NCBI GenBank assembly: GCA_049999805.1
Contig: JBNGIO010006283.1
Coordinates: 296,742-327,190, forward strand
DNA from: Folioceros fuciformis
Taxonomy: Eukaryota
Length of the DNA: 30,449 bases
Direction of reading: 5' to 3'
Shown: positions 1-11,921 of the stretch, in pieces
Layout: the number at the start of each line of letters is the position of its first letter
Position numbering within the stretch: position 1 is the stretch's first letter
Notes under the pieces: model-generated
Database searches by the model: none
What the model was told of the DNA's origin: nothing
What the model saw: the letters and a program-made list of their open reading frames with translations, nothing else
Position numbers and translations under genes: made by a program

Positions 1-1441
1 GGCCACTTCGTCCGTTCCCGACTGGCTGAACAAGGGCGACAACGCATGGCAGCTGACGGCGGGGACACTGGTAGGAATGCAATCGGTGCCGGGGCTGGTG
101 ATCCTGTACGGCAGCATAGTGAAGAAGAAGTGGGCGGTGAACTCCGCCTTCATGGCGCTGTACGCGTACGCGGCAGTGCTGCTGTGCTGGGTGCTATATG
201 GCTACAAGATGAGCTTCGGGGAGAAGCTGCTGCCCTTCTGGGGGAAGGCGGGCTTCTCGCTGGATTACAAATTCCTTGTGGCACAGTCCATCCTGCCCAG
301 CACCGAGCACAGGTACAGTCACGGCGACGCCACCCATCCCAAGGGCAGCGTCGAGACGCCCGTCACCATGCCCTTCTACCCGGCTGCCACCATGGTGTAC
401 TTCCAGTTCGTGTTCGCAGCCATCACCCTCATCCTCATCGCCGGCTCGCTCCTGGGCCGCATGTCCACCAAAGCCTGGATCCTCTTCGTGCCCCTGTGGC
501 TCACCTTCTCCTACACCGTGGGTGCCTTCAGCCTGTGGGGCGGCGGCTTCCTCTACCACTGGGGTGTCATCGACTACTCCGGCGGCTACGTCATCCACCT
601 CTCCTCCGGCGTGGCTGGCTTCACCGCCGCCTACTGGGTCGGCCCGCGCCTCACCCAGGACCGCGAGCGCTTCCCCCCCAACAACCTGCTGCTCATGCTG
701 GCGGGCGCGGGCCTGCTCTGGCTGGGCTGGGCCGGCTTCAACGGCGGGGACCCCTACGCCGCCAACCGCGACGCCAGCATGGCTGTGCTCAACACCAACA
801 TCTGTGCCGCCACCAGCCTGCTGGTGTGGTGCCTACTGGACGTGGTCTTCTTCGGGAAGCCGTCGGTGATCGGCGCCGTGCAGGGCATGATCACGGGGCT
901 GGTCTGCATCACCCCCGGCGCCGGCGTCGTCCAAGCCTTCGCTGCCATCTTCATGGGCATCGCCAGCGGCAGCATCCCCTGGTTCACCATGATGGTGGTC
1001 CACAAGCGCTCCTCCTTGCTTCAGCACGTGGACGACACCATGGGCGTATTCCACACCCACGCCGTGGCAGGCACCCTGGGCGGCATCCTCACCGGCTTGT
1101 TCGCCGAGCCCAACCTCTCCTCCCTCTTCTGTGTCGTCACCAACACCAAGGGCGCTTTCTACGGCAGCCCCTTCCAGCTCGTGCTCCAGATCGGGGGCGC
1201 CGCCTTCATCATCGGCTGGAACGTGGTGGTCACCTCGCTCGTCCTGCTCCTCGTCCGTACCATCACGCCCCTGCGTATGGACCAGGACATGCTCATTATC
1301 GGGGACGACGCTGTGCACGGCGAGGAGGCGTACGCGCTATGGGGCGACGGCGAGCGCGAAGATTATTCTCGTCACGATCGCTCGCAGGAGCTCCTTCCTA
1401 CAGGCGACAATTTGAAGAGCCATCCCGATGAATCCACGTAA
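1..1441 (+). CDS. AMT2: Ammonium transporter, plant AMT2 (MEP-like) family; 5' end probably just outside the window; single exon in view
   Basis: The frame is open from position 2 ([51 protein letters not shown]), the typical AMT2 N-terminus, so the ORF-track Met at 77 is internal. Twin-His motifs [10 protein letters not shown] and FHTHAVAG, plus DRERFPPNN and [18 protein letters not shown]; stop TAA at 1439-1441. Confidence 0.96.
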   Translation, partial: ATSSVPDWLNKGDNAWQLTAGTLVGMQSVPGLVILYGSIVKKKWAVNSAFMALYAYAAVLLCWVLYGYKMSFGEKLLPFWGKAGFSLDYKFLVAQSILPSTEHRYSHGDATHPKGSVETPVTMPFYPAATMVYFQFVFAAITLILIAGSLLGRMSTKAWILFVPLWLTFSYTVGAFSLWGGGFLYHWGVIDYSGGYVIHLSSGVAGFTAAYWVGPRLTQDRERFPPNNLLLMLAGAGLLWLGWAGFNGGDPYAANRDASMAVLNTNICAATSLLVWCLLDVVFFGKPSVIGAVQGMITGLVCITPGAGVVQAFAAIFMGIASGSIPWFTMMVVHKRSSLLQHVDDTMGVFHTHAVAGTLGGILTGLFAEPNLSSLFCVVTNTKGAFYGSPFQLVLQIGGAAFIIGWNVVVTSLVLLLVRTITPLRMDQDMLIIGDDAVHGEEAYALWGDGEREDYSRHDRSQELLPTGDNLKSHPDEST

Positions 1442-1688
1442 CAACTCCTCAGAAAAATCACCCCCTCGTCAAATATAGTTTACAAAATCCCTTTTTTCTC
1501 ACTACTGCCATCTCCTACCCTCCTGCTCCAATCTAGCTAGTCTAGTATTGCGATGTAATGAGCGGATCATTTACATACATAAATACACGAGTTTGATTTG
1601 TTTGCAACACTCATGTACCAAACATGAACTACCTATGACTATATGCCTACCTGTTCTGGCGCGGCTAGAGTTCCACTCGGCCAGCTAC

Positions 1689-4104
1689 CTACCAGGAACT
1701 TCGCAGACTGCCGCTGCTCCTCGTTGGAACCACCGGATCCGAATCCGCTATCTGTCTCAAACGCGTCACTAAGTTCTCAAACACCTGCTCCCGGCTTGTC
1801 AGACTCAGCCGCACAAAATTGGCATCCGCGCCGAAAATGCTCCCGCCCTCTCCTATTATGCCACCCTCTCGCAGCACTGCTGCACAATCCCGCTCCGACT
1901 CTCTCGTGCATTGGATCCAGGCGAATGCTGCGCGCAATCGTACACACGTATGTAATTTGTGACATCGTTAGTCAGTCGTCCAACAAACTCAAACAAAAGT
2001 AGTGCTTGTTAGAACGATCTGATCAATCATGACGGACACACGAGACGCACGCGGACGGCACTGACACATGGAGCTGCCGGGTATCATGACGGCAAGCAAT
2101 AACGAATTTCACGGACATTATGGCAAGAGGTAATAATGCACGGGGCCTACCTGGTGATGGCGACGACGCTCGGCCAAAGAAGGTGCAATTCCGGGCTTCC
2201 AGATTCTGCAGCTTGAAACGAGAGGAGGCGGATAGAACGTGTTGCAGCCTCTCCCAGCGCTCGCTCAGGAGAGCATGGGCGAAGTGAAATAGCCGTCGGC
2301 TGTAACAAAACGCTGCTGCAGCGCCAGCAGGAGTGGCTTGCCTCTCTTCACAAGTTGATTGTGCTGACTCCCGGCGGGCGGCATTCGAGGTCCTCCACCC
2401 GGCCGAGTACCCTGACATCACTGTCTGGAGGAGCTGCGTAGCCCTGAGCTGAGACTCATGTGACACCCCCATAGTGCTACGCCACACATACGCGTTCATC
2501 TTCTCTGCCACTACTCTGTCCTTCACAAGTGCCCACCTGCAGCGTCCACGGTCAGCACTGTGGGCCGATTTACACGACACTGTATGTACCACGCCGTGGG
2601 AATCGAATGAAAATTGCACAAAACCGATATTCATGCAAACGAAGCTCCCAGCGGTAGCAAAGGGATTGAGAGACTGCCTTTCTCGTCAGGAATTCATGAG
2701 CAAATTTAGATACTGACCCGATGCGGCTGCCAGCATGGCCCGTGAGCTTAGAGAGCGAGAATATCATGACGTTGTGATCAGCAGGACCCGTGATAGGGGT
2801 GAAGTGAGGCCAGTAGTAGGCGAGGTCGTACACCGTACTGCTGCCATTGCCGCCCAGTACAGACTCCTGGGGCTTGCCGTCAGGGTAGTTCGGAGAGGCT
2901 ACAATCTCCAAAAACCGACTGGTGTGGCCACATGTAGTAGCCTCCCCCTTCCGCAGCATGTGATCACCATTATCGTATTGCCGAGCATCACCTGCCCACT
3001 CAAACCAAGTGGAACGAAACAGCTCTGCTTGGGAAGCATACGACTGCGCCAAAACCAAAGCCAAGGAGCGTCAGATCTGAGGCGAAAAATGTCGCGCAGC
3101 ATCGCAAATCTAGCCAGCTGCAGGTGGAATATTCTTGAGCCATACATTGCAGTAAGGAGCAGGCGCCACAACTTTGGTAGGCTCCTCACAGCTGACAGCT
3201 GCACCAGGCTGAAGCTGGGAGATGCTGTTGATTGCGGCGGCGACGAGCTGAACCGAGCCTGTCCCCAACACAACGTGCCTGCCCTCGATCATGGCATTCC
3301 CTACAAGCTCATGCACCGCCCGGATCTGCCTCTCCAACGTCCCCAGTGCAGAGCTGGAGTCCCATCTGCCACTTCTGGCCACCTTGTAGCTCATACTGTA
3401 CCAACCAGGTATCACCACCGCACTTTTTTCCGCATTCCGCTTCCAAAATCCCTCAAACATGAGAGAATCCTCGCTGCCAATTTGAGGACAATTGTTAGCA
3501 GAATCTCGATCGTAAAACAAGAAACAGTTGTTGTTGATTGCAAAATATATAAATCCACACGTAAGAGTCCCATCGTCCCCCACTCTAACAAACCAATCCG
3601 CAAACCGATCCAGATACGGCTTGAGGGGAAAAACGAGCACCTGGATGAATCTGCTCGGCAGTCCGGAACGGCCTCAGAGCAATCATGGCCGGTAAAGCAA
3701 TCATTGCAGTCGCAAACAGGCGTGCCATTGGTCTCCCTTGCCTCCACCAGGGTGTCCACAAACAGCTGGCCGTTGCCGGAACAGTTGAAAGATGACGCTG
3801 CTTCCGCCTCCAGTGCAGCACGCCGGCTCCACTGCATAAACAGCGGCGGACCCTCGGCCGGTCTGCGCGACGACAGATCCTTCTGGCTCGACGCGCACAG
3901 GATGACGAAGAGCACGTTGAGGAGCACCGAAAGGGTGAGCACGATTGGCATGCAATTCTTGCATCCTGTATCTTTCCTCGGCTCATCACAAAAGCCGTTT
4001 GCGAGCTCCTCCTTGCCAAGACTGCCTACCACCAGAGCTTGATGCGACAGCGGCAGTGAATCGGCAGCCGACTGGGAGGAGACAGATGTCGCCTGCTCCT
4101 CCAT
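1689..4104 (-). CDS. Alliinase / tryptophan aminotransferase-related (TAR3/4-type) PLP-dependent protein with N-terminal membrane anchor and EGF-like domain, ~580 aa
   Basis: Exons 4104-3641, 3473-3146, 3043-2718, 2536-2151, 1927-1689; all GT-AG and phases join (1743 nt). Hydrophobic segment IVLTLSVLLNVLFVIL; EGF-like CSGNG...CDCNDCFTGHDCSEAVPDC; DLAYYWPHFT; PLP-Lys motif SLSKLTGHAGSRIGW; FVRLSL. Confidence 0.92.
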
Positions 4105-4726
4105 CTTCCCGCAATCATGCAGCTACACCTTACACAACTTGACGAAATTTCTCATCGCCGGCCGCACTGCCGCCGGAGTTGCGTAGGGCGGGGCGTGTCA
4201 CAAAATCACACCACTTTTCCTGGCAACAAACATGAATCGGAGAGGAAGCAGGCGCGCGTCTCCTGAACAGCACACGTCGCAAGCCCTGAACCGCACTGCA
4301 AATCGCAAGTGGACTCTCGTGTCGATTTGCGAACGGCACCTGCATTTCAGCTGGTGGAGCAACCATCGCCTCTGCTTCACGGTCAGCTGTCGACAGCTTT
4401 ACCGTGGTAGTCTGCATTCCACACGTTCAACGATCGACCCTTCATTTAACTTGTTTGAGAGGTTAGCGGACTCATGTGCATTTTGTTTTGACACCCCCAG
4501 CCGTCCTCCACGCAAAACGACGAATTTGACAGACCGACCTAGTGAGAATGATAGGCACACCACTCGAACGGTTCGTATCCTTCCAAGTCCCAACCGACAC
4601 TAGCCCCCGTGACATTTCATAGTTGTGTTCACACCGAGGTTGAATTACACTGAACTGTTCCATTTATTTCAAATATATTTTTATATAAATATTATTTAAA
4701 TCTTATGACCTATTAATTTAAATATC

Positions 4727-5111
4727 TTTTCTTTTCTTATGATTATAAGGTTTTCTTTTCTTATGATTATAAGGTTTGTATAAGCGATCGGTTCGTTTAC
4801 GTTTAGAGTATCGTGCACATTTAGAGTATTTAGAGTATCGCGCACGTGGCAAGCTCTTTACGTGGCAAGCTCTTTCGGCCTCGGCCTCTCATGCATCGGG
4901 TGACAAGAGTAGTCTAACGATCATAACTTAGCCATCGGGGGTGACAAGAGTAGTTTGACAATCATGACTTAGCCACTTAATTTGCAACCACGTTGCAACA
5001 ATTTTATTCTTAACCCACTTACACCCAAGTTTAGACCGAATGACCAATATTGCTCAACTCTAAATCCACCCAAGTTTAGACTGAATTACCAATATTGCTC
5101 AAGGCTAAATC
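4727..5111. repeat. Cluster of adjacent short tandem duplications
   Basis: 24-mer TTTTCTTTTCTTATGATTATAAGG x2 (4727-4774); TTTAGAGTA x3 (~4802-4837); 16-mer ACGTGGCAAGCTCTTT x2 (4844-4875); ~40-mer CATCGGG..GACAAGAGTAG..ACTTAGC x2 (4894-4972); 45-mer CACCCAAGTTTAGAC..CCAATATTGCTCAA..TAAATC x2 (5022-5111). Confidence 0.9.
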
Positions 5112-5212
5112 CATGGGGTCTCAAAAAAACCATGATTCAATGTTGAGGTTTACTAAGCTTCCACGCCTCTAACGTAGACATAAAGTGGCACAGAGTGCGG
5201 AGGCCGGAATGC

Positions 5213-6077
5213 TTAACGCATCGATCCATCCATGTTCCCACTAACATACTCTTTGGAGCCCTGGAGTTCAACAATCTCGCCCAACAATTCATGACCAATA
5301 GGCTGAGGATAGATAGGTGGTTGAATCTGGATGGAAGAAGTGTCTTCAAGGTGATCGGCATTCGTGCACAAGTACATCATTGCCTCCATAAACCCTCCTT
5401 GCCGAATCTGCATCACAAAACCAGAACCTAAGCTTTCTTCAACTTGATTTTCCTTCTTCACCACACATGTTTCTCCTTCTTCAAGGAAATCTTTTCCCTG
5501 CACATCTTGGTTAGCATGCTGTCCTCCCTCGGTAGTTGCTTTCTCGGCATGTTCCTCCGTCTTCATAGCCAACGCTTCCATGAAAGGTATGTACATCTCT
5601 TCCACATGATTTTCAGGCTTCATAACAAGGGCCTCCATAGAAGATGCTTCTATACCATTTCTCGGCGCAGCAAAATGTGCTGGCTTTCCTGGCGCAGGTA
5701 TGTAGCGATCTCTCTTCATCTGAATTTGCTGCACTCCATAATCATATGCAGATTAGCTAGACATGTTAGTACCTGAAAAACCAGAAGAGCATTAAAACCT
5801 ATTGTTCAATGAAACAACCAATGTAAATGATACATACCTTTTCATCAAGAATTTCGCAAGCCTCCAATATCTCAAACTTCAATGCGAGAGGACGAACTTT
5901 GCACTTCGACATATCCTTCCCCCCCTCAACAAGATGTTGAATTGCCCGGAGATAATTGCCGTACGCAAAGCTTTTTTTGCAATATTTGCAAACTATGCGC
6001 TTCGACATCTTGAATTCACTCGACTCCACATGGTCGTAGTACTTCCAAATAGGATGGTTACGACCGGCAGTGACCAT
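5213..6077 (-). CDS. BED zinc-finger protein (hAT-transposase-derived N-terminus) with acidic/repetitive tail, ~251 aa; no transposase catalytic domain visible
   Basis: Exon 6077-5838 encodes PIWKYY...IVCKYCKK...RAIQHL...KCK (zf-BED). Donor AAG|GTATGT at 5837, TACTAAC branch-like motif at 5765-5771 and acceptor TGCAG at 5729 join it in frame to ORF 5728-5213. A nearer acceptor at 5773 would give an early stop instead. Confidence 0.65.
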
Positions 6078-6163
6078 CTTTGTATATTGCTAACCTCCTG
6101 CATGCATGGCACAAACAATCATAACAATAAAATTAGAATCGTACAACATTAACATGATCATAC

Positions 6164-6216
6164 TCTAAACCCTAAACCCTAAACCCTAAAACTCTAAAAC
6201 CCTAAAACCCTAAAAC
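6164..6216. repeat. Interstitial telomere-like repeats
   Basis: CCCTAAA x3 (6170-6190) followed by 8-mer variants CTCTAAAA/CCCTAAAA. Confidence 0.85.
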
Positions 6217-6664
6217 AACATGTGCAATCATTGCACATGATAATCTTCTTATCATTATGATAAGAAGATAGAAACAAATGGCCCTAAAACATATCAAAAT
6301 ATCTATCCTACTTACTCTCGTGTCACGCCTTCTCTCTTCCTACACATCACATCACTGCGGCTGGTTCCGACTCCGGACCTCACATATATAGACGCAGACC
6401 ACACGTGTGAAGACACTACTTTCGATTGTATGAGAGAAACTTTCGATGCTTCATTCATTAGACCTTATAATTTAATTGTGTTATTTATGACTTATTGGGA
6501 AGCTATCAGGTTATAAATTTTATACATTATACATAAATATATTTTTTTCAGAAAGATAATGCTATATATGCATCGTTTGTCGTTCCTTTGGCCTTTTTCT
6601 TTGTTGAAGTGTAGTTGAGGCGCTGTCATTCGCCAATTTAAGACTTGTTCCATTAGAGCTCGTA

Positions 6665-6980
6665 CATCTTCCTACATGATGATGCTCGCAATGTCATGTG
6701 TTCCATGGAGTGAGAGTATGAGTTTTTTCAATGATCTTCACACATGATGCCATTCTCCATATCATATTGTGAATGGCGAAGGAGTGTGAGTTCTTTCAAT
6801 ATGTCTTTACACATGATGTCATTCACCCATGTCATGTTCTCAATGACCTACAAGTCTGAGTTTCTTCTTGTATACATTTACACATGATGTCCAAGGATTA
6901 CCAAGGCTTTCCTTACCCAATGCTCTTTACAAAGCAACATATATGCTTGCCCAATGCTGTTTGTAAAGCAATGGATATGC
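6665..6980. repeat. Degenerate ~69-bp minisatellite (just over 3 units) plus a ~34-bp tandem duplication
   Basis: (C/T)ACATGATG recurs at 6673, 6741, 6810, 6881 and xAGTxTGAGTT at ~6714, 6782, 6852. CCCAATGCT..AAAGCAA..ATATGC occurs twice (~6913-6980). Confidence 0.75.
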
Positions 6981-7271
6981 GTGGTCAAAAAAAGACCACC
7001 ACATATTGAAAAGAGAAAAATAAACTGATTGATCAATAATAGAGATGGGTATTGTTATATCCATTCCTCACCAGTGGGTAGCAAGAGGTACGTACATATT
7101 ATTTGTTTGCCCAAAAAACAAGGAAGTTGAGGGTCGGTCGGGCCCTTCCCTTCAGGCAGCAGCACGAAAGGATATGCTTTTTCTTCGCTTTCCGCCGGTG
7201 TGTAGAGATGAGAATAACTTTGTCATAGGGTTGATATTTTTGGGTGAGGGGTGGGCTTGGTTTGCCGTTTT

Positions 7272-7287
7272 CCGACGTGGTGAGTCA
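7272..7287 (+). promoter_or_regulatory. Possible stress elements upstream of the RD19-like gene: CCGAC core overlapping ACGTGG (ABRE-like), followed by TGAGTCA
   Basis: CCGACGTGGTGAGTCA lies ~170 nt upstream of the ATG at 7446. The motifs are short and could be chance. Confidence 0.25.
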
Positions 7288-7445
7288 CCATTGGCACTTG
7301 TCCTCAAGGTGGTGAAGTGTACAACACGGTCATCCTTCTCACCCCGTCTCAAGTTACCTGCTTCCTGCCTCCTGCCTCCTGCGTCGCCCATTTGCAGAGT
7401 GTGACGAGGAGGAGGAGGAGGAAGACGGCCACGGCGACGGCAACA

Positions 7446-8910
<1,465 letters not shown>

Positions 8911-9531
8911 GGACCAGAGAAGCGCCTCTCGTCAACGGATTCTGAGTGCCAACGTGTTGTCAGCCTATGCTAGCGCCGCCTATATGGCGAGTGGCTGTGC
9001 AGACATACGTGTTCCGAGAGCTGCCTGACAACTGTGTCACCATCGCTCTGAAAGTGGTCGCGATGTCTTGCTTTACTGCACAGCTTCACTCGGTACAGCT
9101 AGCTATCCCGTGTTATGAAATCGGGTGCTGTGATGTACTAGGCTGTATGCCTGTACTTATGTAGATACATAGATAGCTGGGCTCGGAAGTTCGACTTGCA
9201 CACTGTAAATATCATATTTACTCCTCTATTAATCAGATTCCGTCCGCCCCACATTCTTTTGCCGATCCTGCTTTGTAGCAGCCGAATTTCTCGGGATCCA
9301 GGCAAAACCCAGCGAGTCGGGCTTAGAGCCTGGAGCCAGCGCATTGTTGTCTGTGCGATGGCACTAAGTACGGCTCCGCTGTCAGCTCGCTGCTAGCCCG
9401 CCGATGTCAGCTTGCTGCCGTCCGGGTGATATTCCTTCCAAGCACACGAACAATTGAGCCTCGGAACTTACGTGTCGAGACAATTCCTGCGCGCGGTATG
9501 ATCTGTTTGGAGAGCCAGGCTAGCGAGGACG

Positions 9532-11623
9532 ATGGAGGATACGCCATTGCTACCGAGCTCCGACATAGCCGTGGAAACCAAGCTCCCTTTAGAATCTCTC
9601 CACAAGCAAATCAAGTAGGTTGTCCGATTGACTTCCTCTGTCGGCCTGTTTCGGCTGTCAGCTTTGGACTCAACTGACTTGGCTTCCTTCCAGATCAGTA
9701 TGCAAGGAACTGGTACCTGGCTGGCGCGATTTTGGCGAAGAGGACATGACGGTTTGCACCATATCAGGGGGCATCACCAACTTCTGTGAGCTGCGGTTCC
9801 TGTTGCCAGCCAGGTGTGGATTTGTCTGAGTAGTTTGGACAGTGTAGTGAGACATTTCGGTTTCTGCCGCACCTCAGTGGTTAAGGTTTCGGTGGAAGAT
9901 GCGCACGTGACACTTCGGGTTTTCGGGGACAACACGGAGCTGGTCATTGATCGCAAGCGGGAGCTTCAGGTGCTTCTTCAGTCTTGCATTTGGCTTTTGG
10001 GAGCTTTCTAGGTGCTTACTGCTCTTTCCTTTCTACAGGCGCTGTTGCATTTGTCTCAAGCAGGGTTTGGAGCAAAATTGATCGGCGTGTTTAAAAATGG
10101 CATGGTGCAGTCCTTCATTGATGCCGAGACACTGAAGCCTGAAGGTATGCTGGCTTGATGTGTTGTTCTTCCTTCTCTTCGGTGGTTTCATTATCCAGAC
10201 CAGAACTCATGGTTGCTCTGCAGACATGAGCAGGGTGGACCTGGTTCCGTTGATAGCAAAGGAGTTAAGAAGACTGCATGATGCCGACGTTCCTTTTCCA
10301 AAGCAGCCGCAGCTTTGGTCAGACGTCGCCAAGATGTTTGGAGAAGGTTGTAAAGCTAACTGTTTTGCATGCCAGTTATCATCTGGCCAGCGAAGACAGT
10401 CCTCCTGTTATCTGCGCCTGATGAAATAACACTAAGCGCTTATGGTTTGCAGCTTCAGCCGTAACTTTTGAAGACGGTGAGAAGCGGCGAAAGCTGGAAA
10501 CAATACGATTTGATCTGCTCGAGGACGAGTTGAGAGCACTGAAGGTGACACAAACGTATCTAACGTTCTATTGTCCCAGTCGTCGCAGCACAATCCTCGT
10601 TCCCCCTCGAACTCATGCGGTGGAGGCGGGATTGAGTTTATCGTGACTCTTGATCTCAAAGCTTGATCCCAACTGTTGCTAAGAGAATGCCCCCTAGGGA
10701 CCGCTTGATGGAAACTTTCTAACCAGTCTGTTATCGTGCAGGTGGTGACTGATTCTCTGCATTCGCCCATAGTGTTCGCACATAATGACCTTCTCTCGGG
10801 AAACATCATGATGAATTTCCAGAGTGGTAAGTTTGTTGCATGTGGAAATTTTCTCCGGGATGATTTGATGGAAGCAAGCTGCACTGAAGGTTTCTTTAGC
10901 GTTACCGACAAAAGTTTGGGTCTTCCTAATGTCCTAGGTACTTTGTTCCTTATTGACTTCGAGTACAGTGGGTACAATTATCGGGGATTCGACATTGGGA
11001 ACCACTTCAATGAATATGCGGGATTCGATTGTGACTTCAGCTTGTAAGCCTTCCTAACCAATTTCAATGTAGAGCCTGACCAGAAGTTGTGTGCTCGTTC
11101 TTCCGTAGTGACATAATGAAAGATATTTTCCACCCAGGTATCCTGACAAAGAAGCTCAATATCGATTCTTTAGACACTACTTGTATCCAGACTCTCCCGA
11201 AAAGGTAGTCGATATCATTCTGCAACTCATATCCTGTAGATGACAAGCAGATCCGGCCAGCCCGTAATCGATGTTGATTGTTTTTCGTATTGGAAGGCAT
11301 CGGACGAAGAGTTGGATAAGTTGTATGTGGAAAGCAATTGTTATGCACTTGCTTCTCATCTCTGTTGGGCTCTTTGGGGCATTGTTCAGGTACAGACTGT
11401 GACTAAACTGTCGTTGTCGATCAACCTGGTCCTCCACTCATCTTCCCTTCGTTTACAGTATGGGTTTGACCCTTTGCAGGCCCGGTTTTCCAGTATCGAA
11501 TTCGACTACTTGGAGTATTTTTTCCTCAGGTACAACGAATACAAGAGGCGAAAAGTGGAATTCACGTCTCTGGCTTTTTCGTTCCTGTCAAAGACAATGG
11601 AACAGCCTGTGTCGACAATTTGA
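9532..11623 (+). CDS. CEK4: Choline/ethanolamine kinase (ethanolamine-kinase type), 360 aa, 11 exons
   Basis: Exons 9532-9614, 9694-9785, 9878-9969, 10039-10144, 10224-10346, 10453-10544, 10742-10826, 10938-11043, 11138-11204, 11297-11389, 11480-11623 (1083 nt). ISGGITN, Brenner motif FAHNDLLSGN, LIDFEY..YNYRGFDIGNHFNEYAG, WALWGIVQA. Confidence 0.93.
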
Positions 11624-11921
11624 TGATTACTATGTGCAACATAGGAGTTGCAGTTTCAGCTTTTGGAGCAATTTCTGCTGGGGTGTTCCAAGAGCAGGGT
11701 CCTTCCCGTCCAGCTTTGCTTTCCACAGCTCGGACTGGTTCTCATTTCTTCGATCGCACTTTCCCAACCTTCACTCTCAAGCCCATCTTGGTCTGGAAGA
11801 CCGTGACACATTTCTAGGCTCCAGTGAGTAACCAAAAATTCCTTCGCCAGACAAATCACGCACTACATTGCAATGTCCAATTTTGGAAGGCTTAGAGCTT
11901 CAGACTTCCTTTCCGACGCTG

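Larger units (their letters stand above)
4663..7030. mobile_element. Probable degenerate DNA-transposon-derived (hAT-like) island; boundaries approximate
   Basis: Abrupt shift to AT-rich sequence between GC-rich genes, containing a zf-BED ORF and tandem repeats on both sides. No terminal inverted repeats or target-site duplication were found by eye. Confidence 0.4.

Noticed and set aside
46-1431. 461-aa ORF overlapping AMT2 in another plus frame, plus the antisense ORFs over AMT2
   Set aside because: Arg/His/Pro-rich with no recognisable domain. This is the expected shadow of extreme GC3 bias, which removes stops from alternative frames.
2735-4042. 435-aa plus-strand ORF
   Set aside because: It is antisense to the alliinase-like exons and has no recognisable motifs. 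It does cross two introns without a stop, but nothing else supports it.
6665-6892. Regularly spaced repeats as a CRISPR-like array
   Set aside because: The context is a plant nuclear genome, the spacers are homologous to each other, and there are no cas genes.
6981-6999. GTGGTC-A7-GACCAC hairpin as a Helitron 3' end or terminator
   Set aside because: The stem is only 6 bp and there is no CTRR terminus at the expected distance on either strand.
9426-9677. ORF-track frame (with ATG at 9498) as the kinase N-terminus
   Set aside because: The frame from ATG 9532 (MEDTPLLPSSDIAVETKLPL...) splices in phase to exon 2 and resembles plant ethanolamine kinase N-termini.
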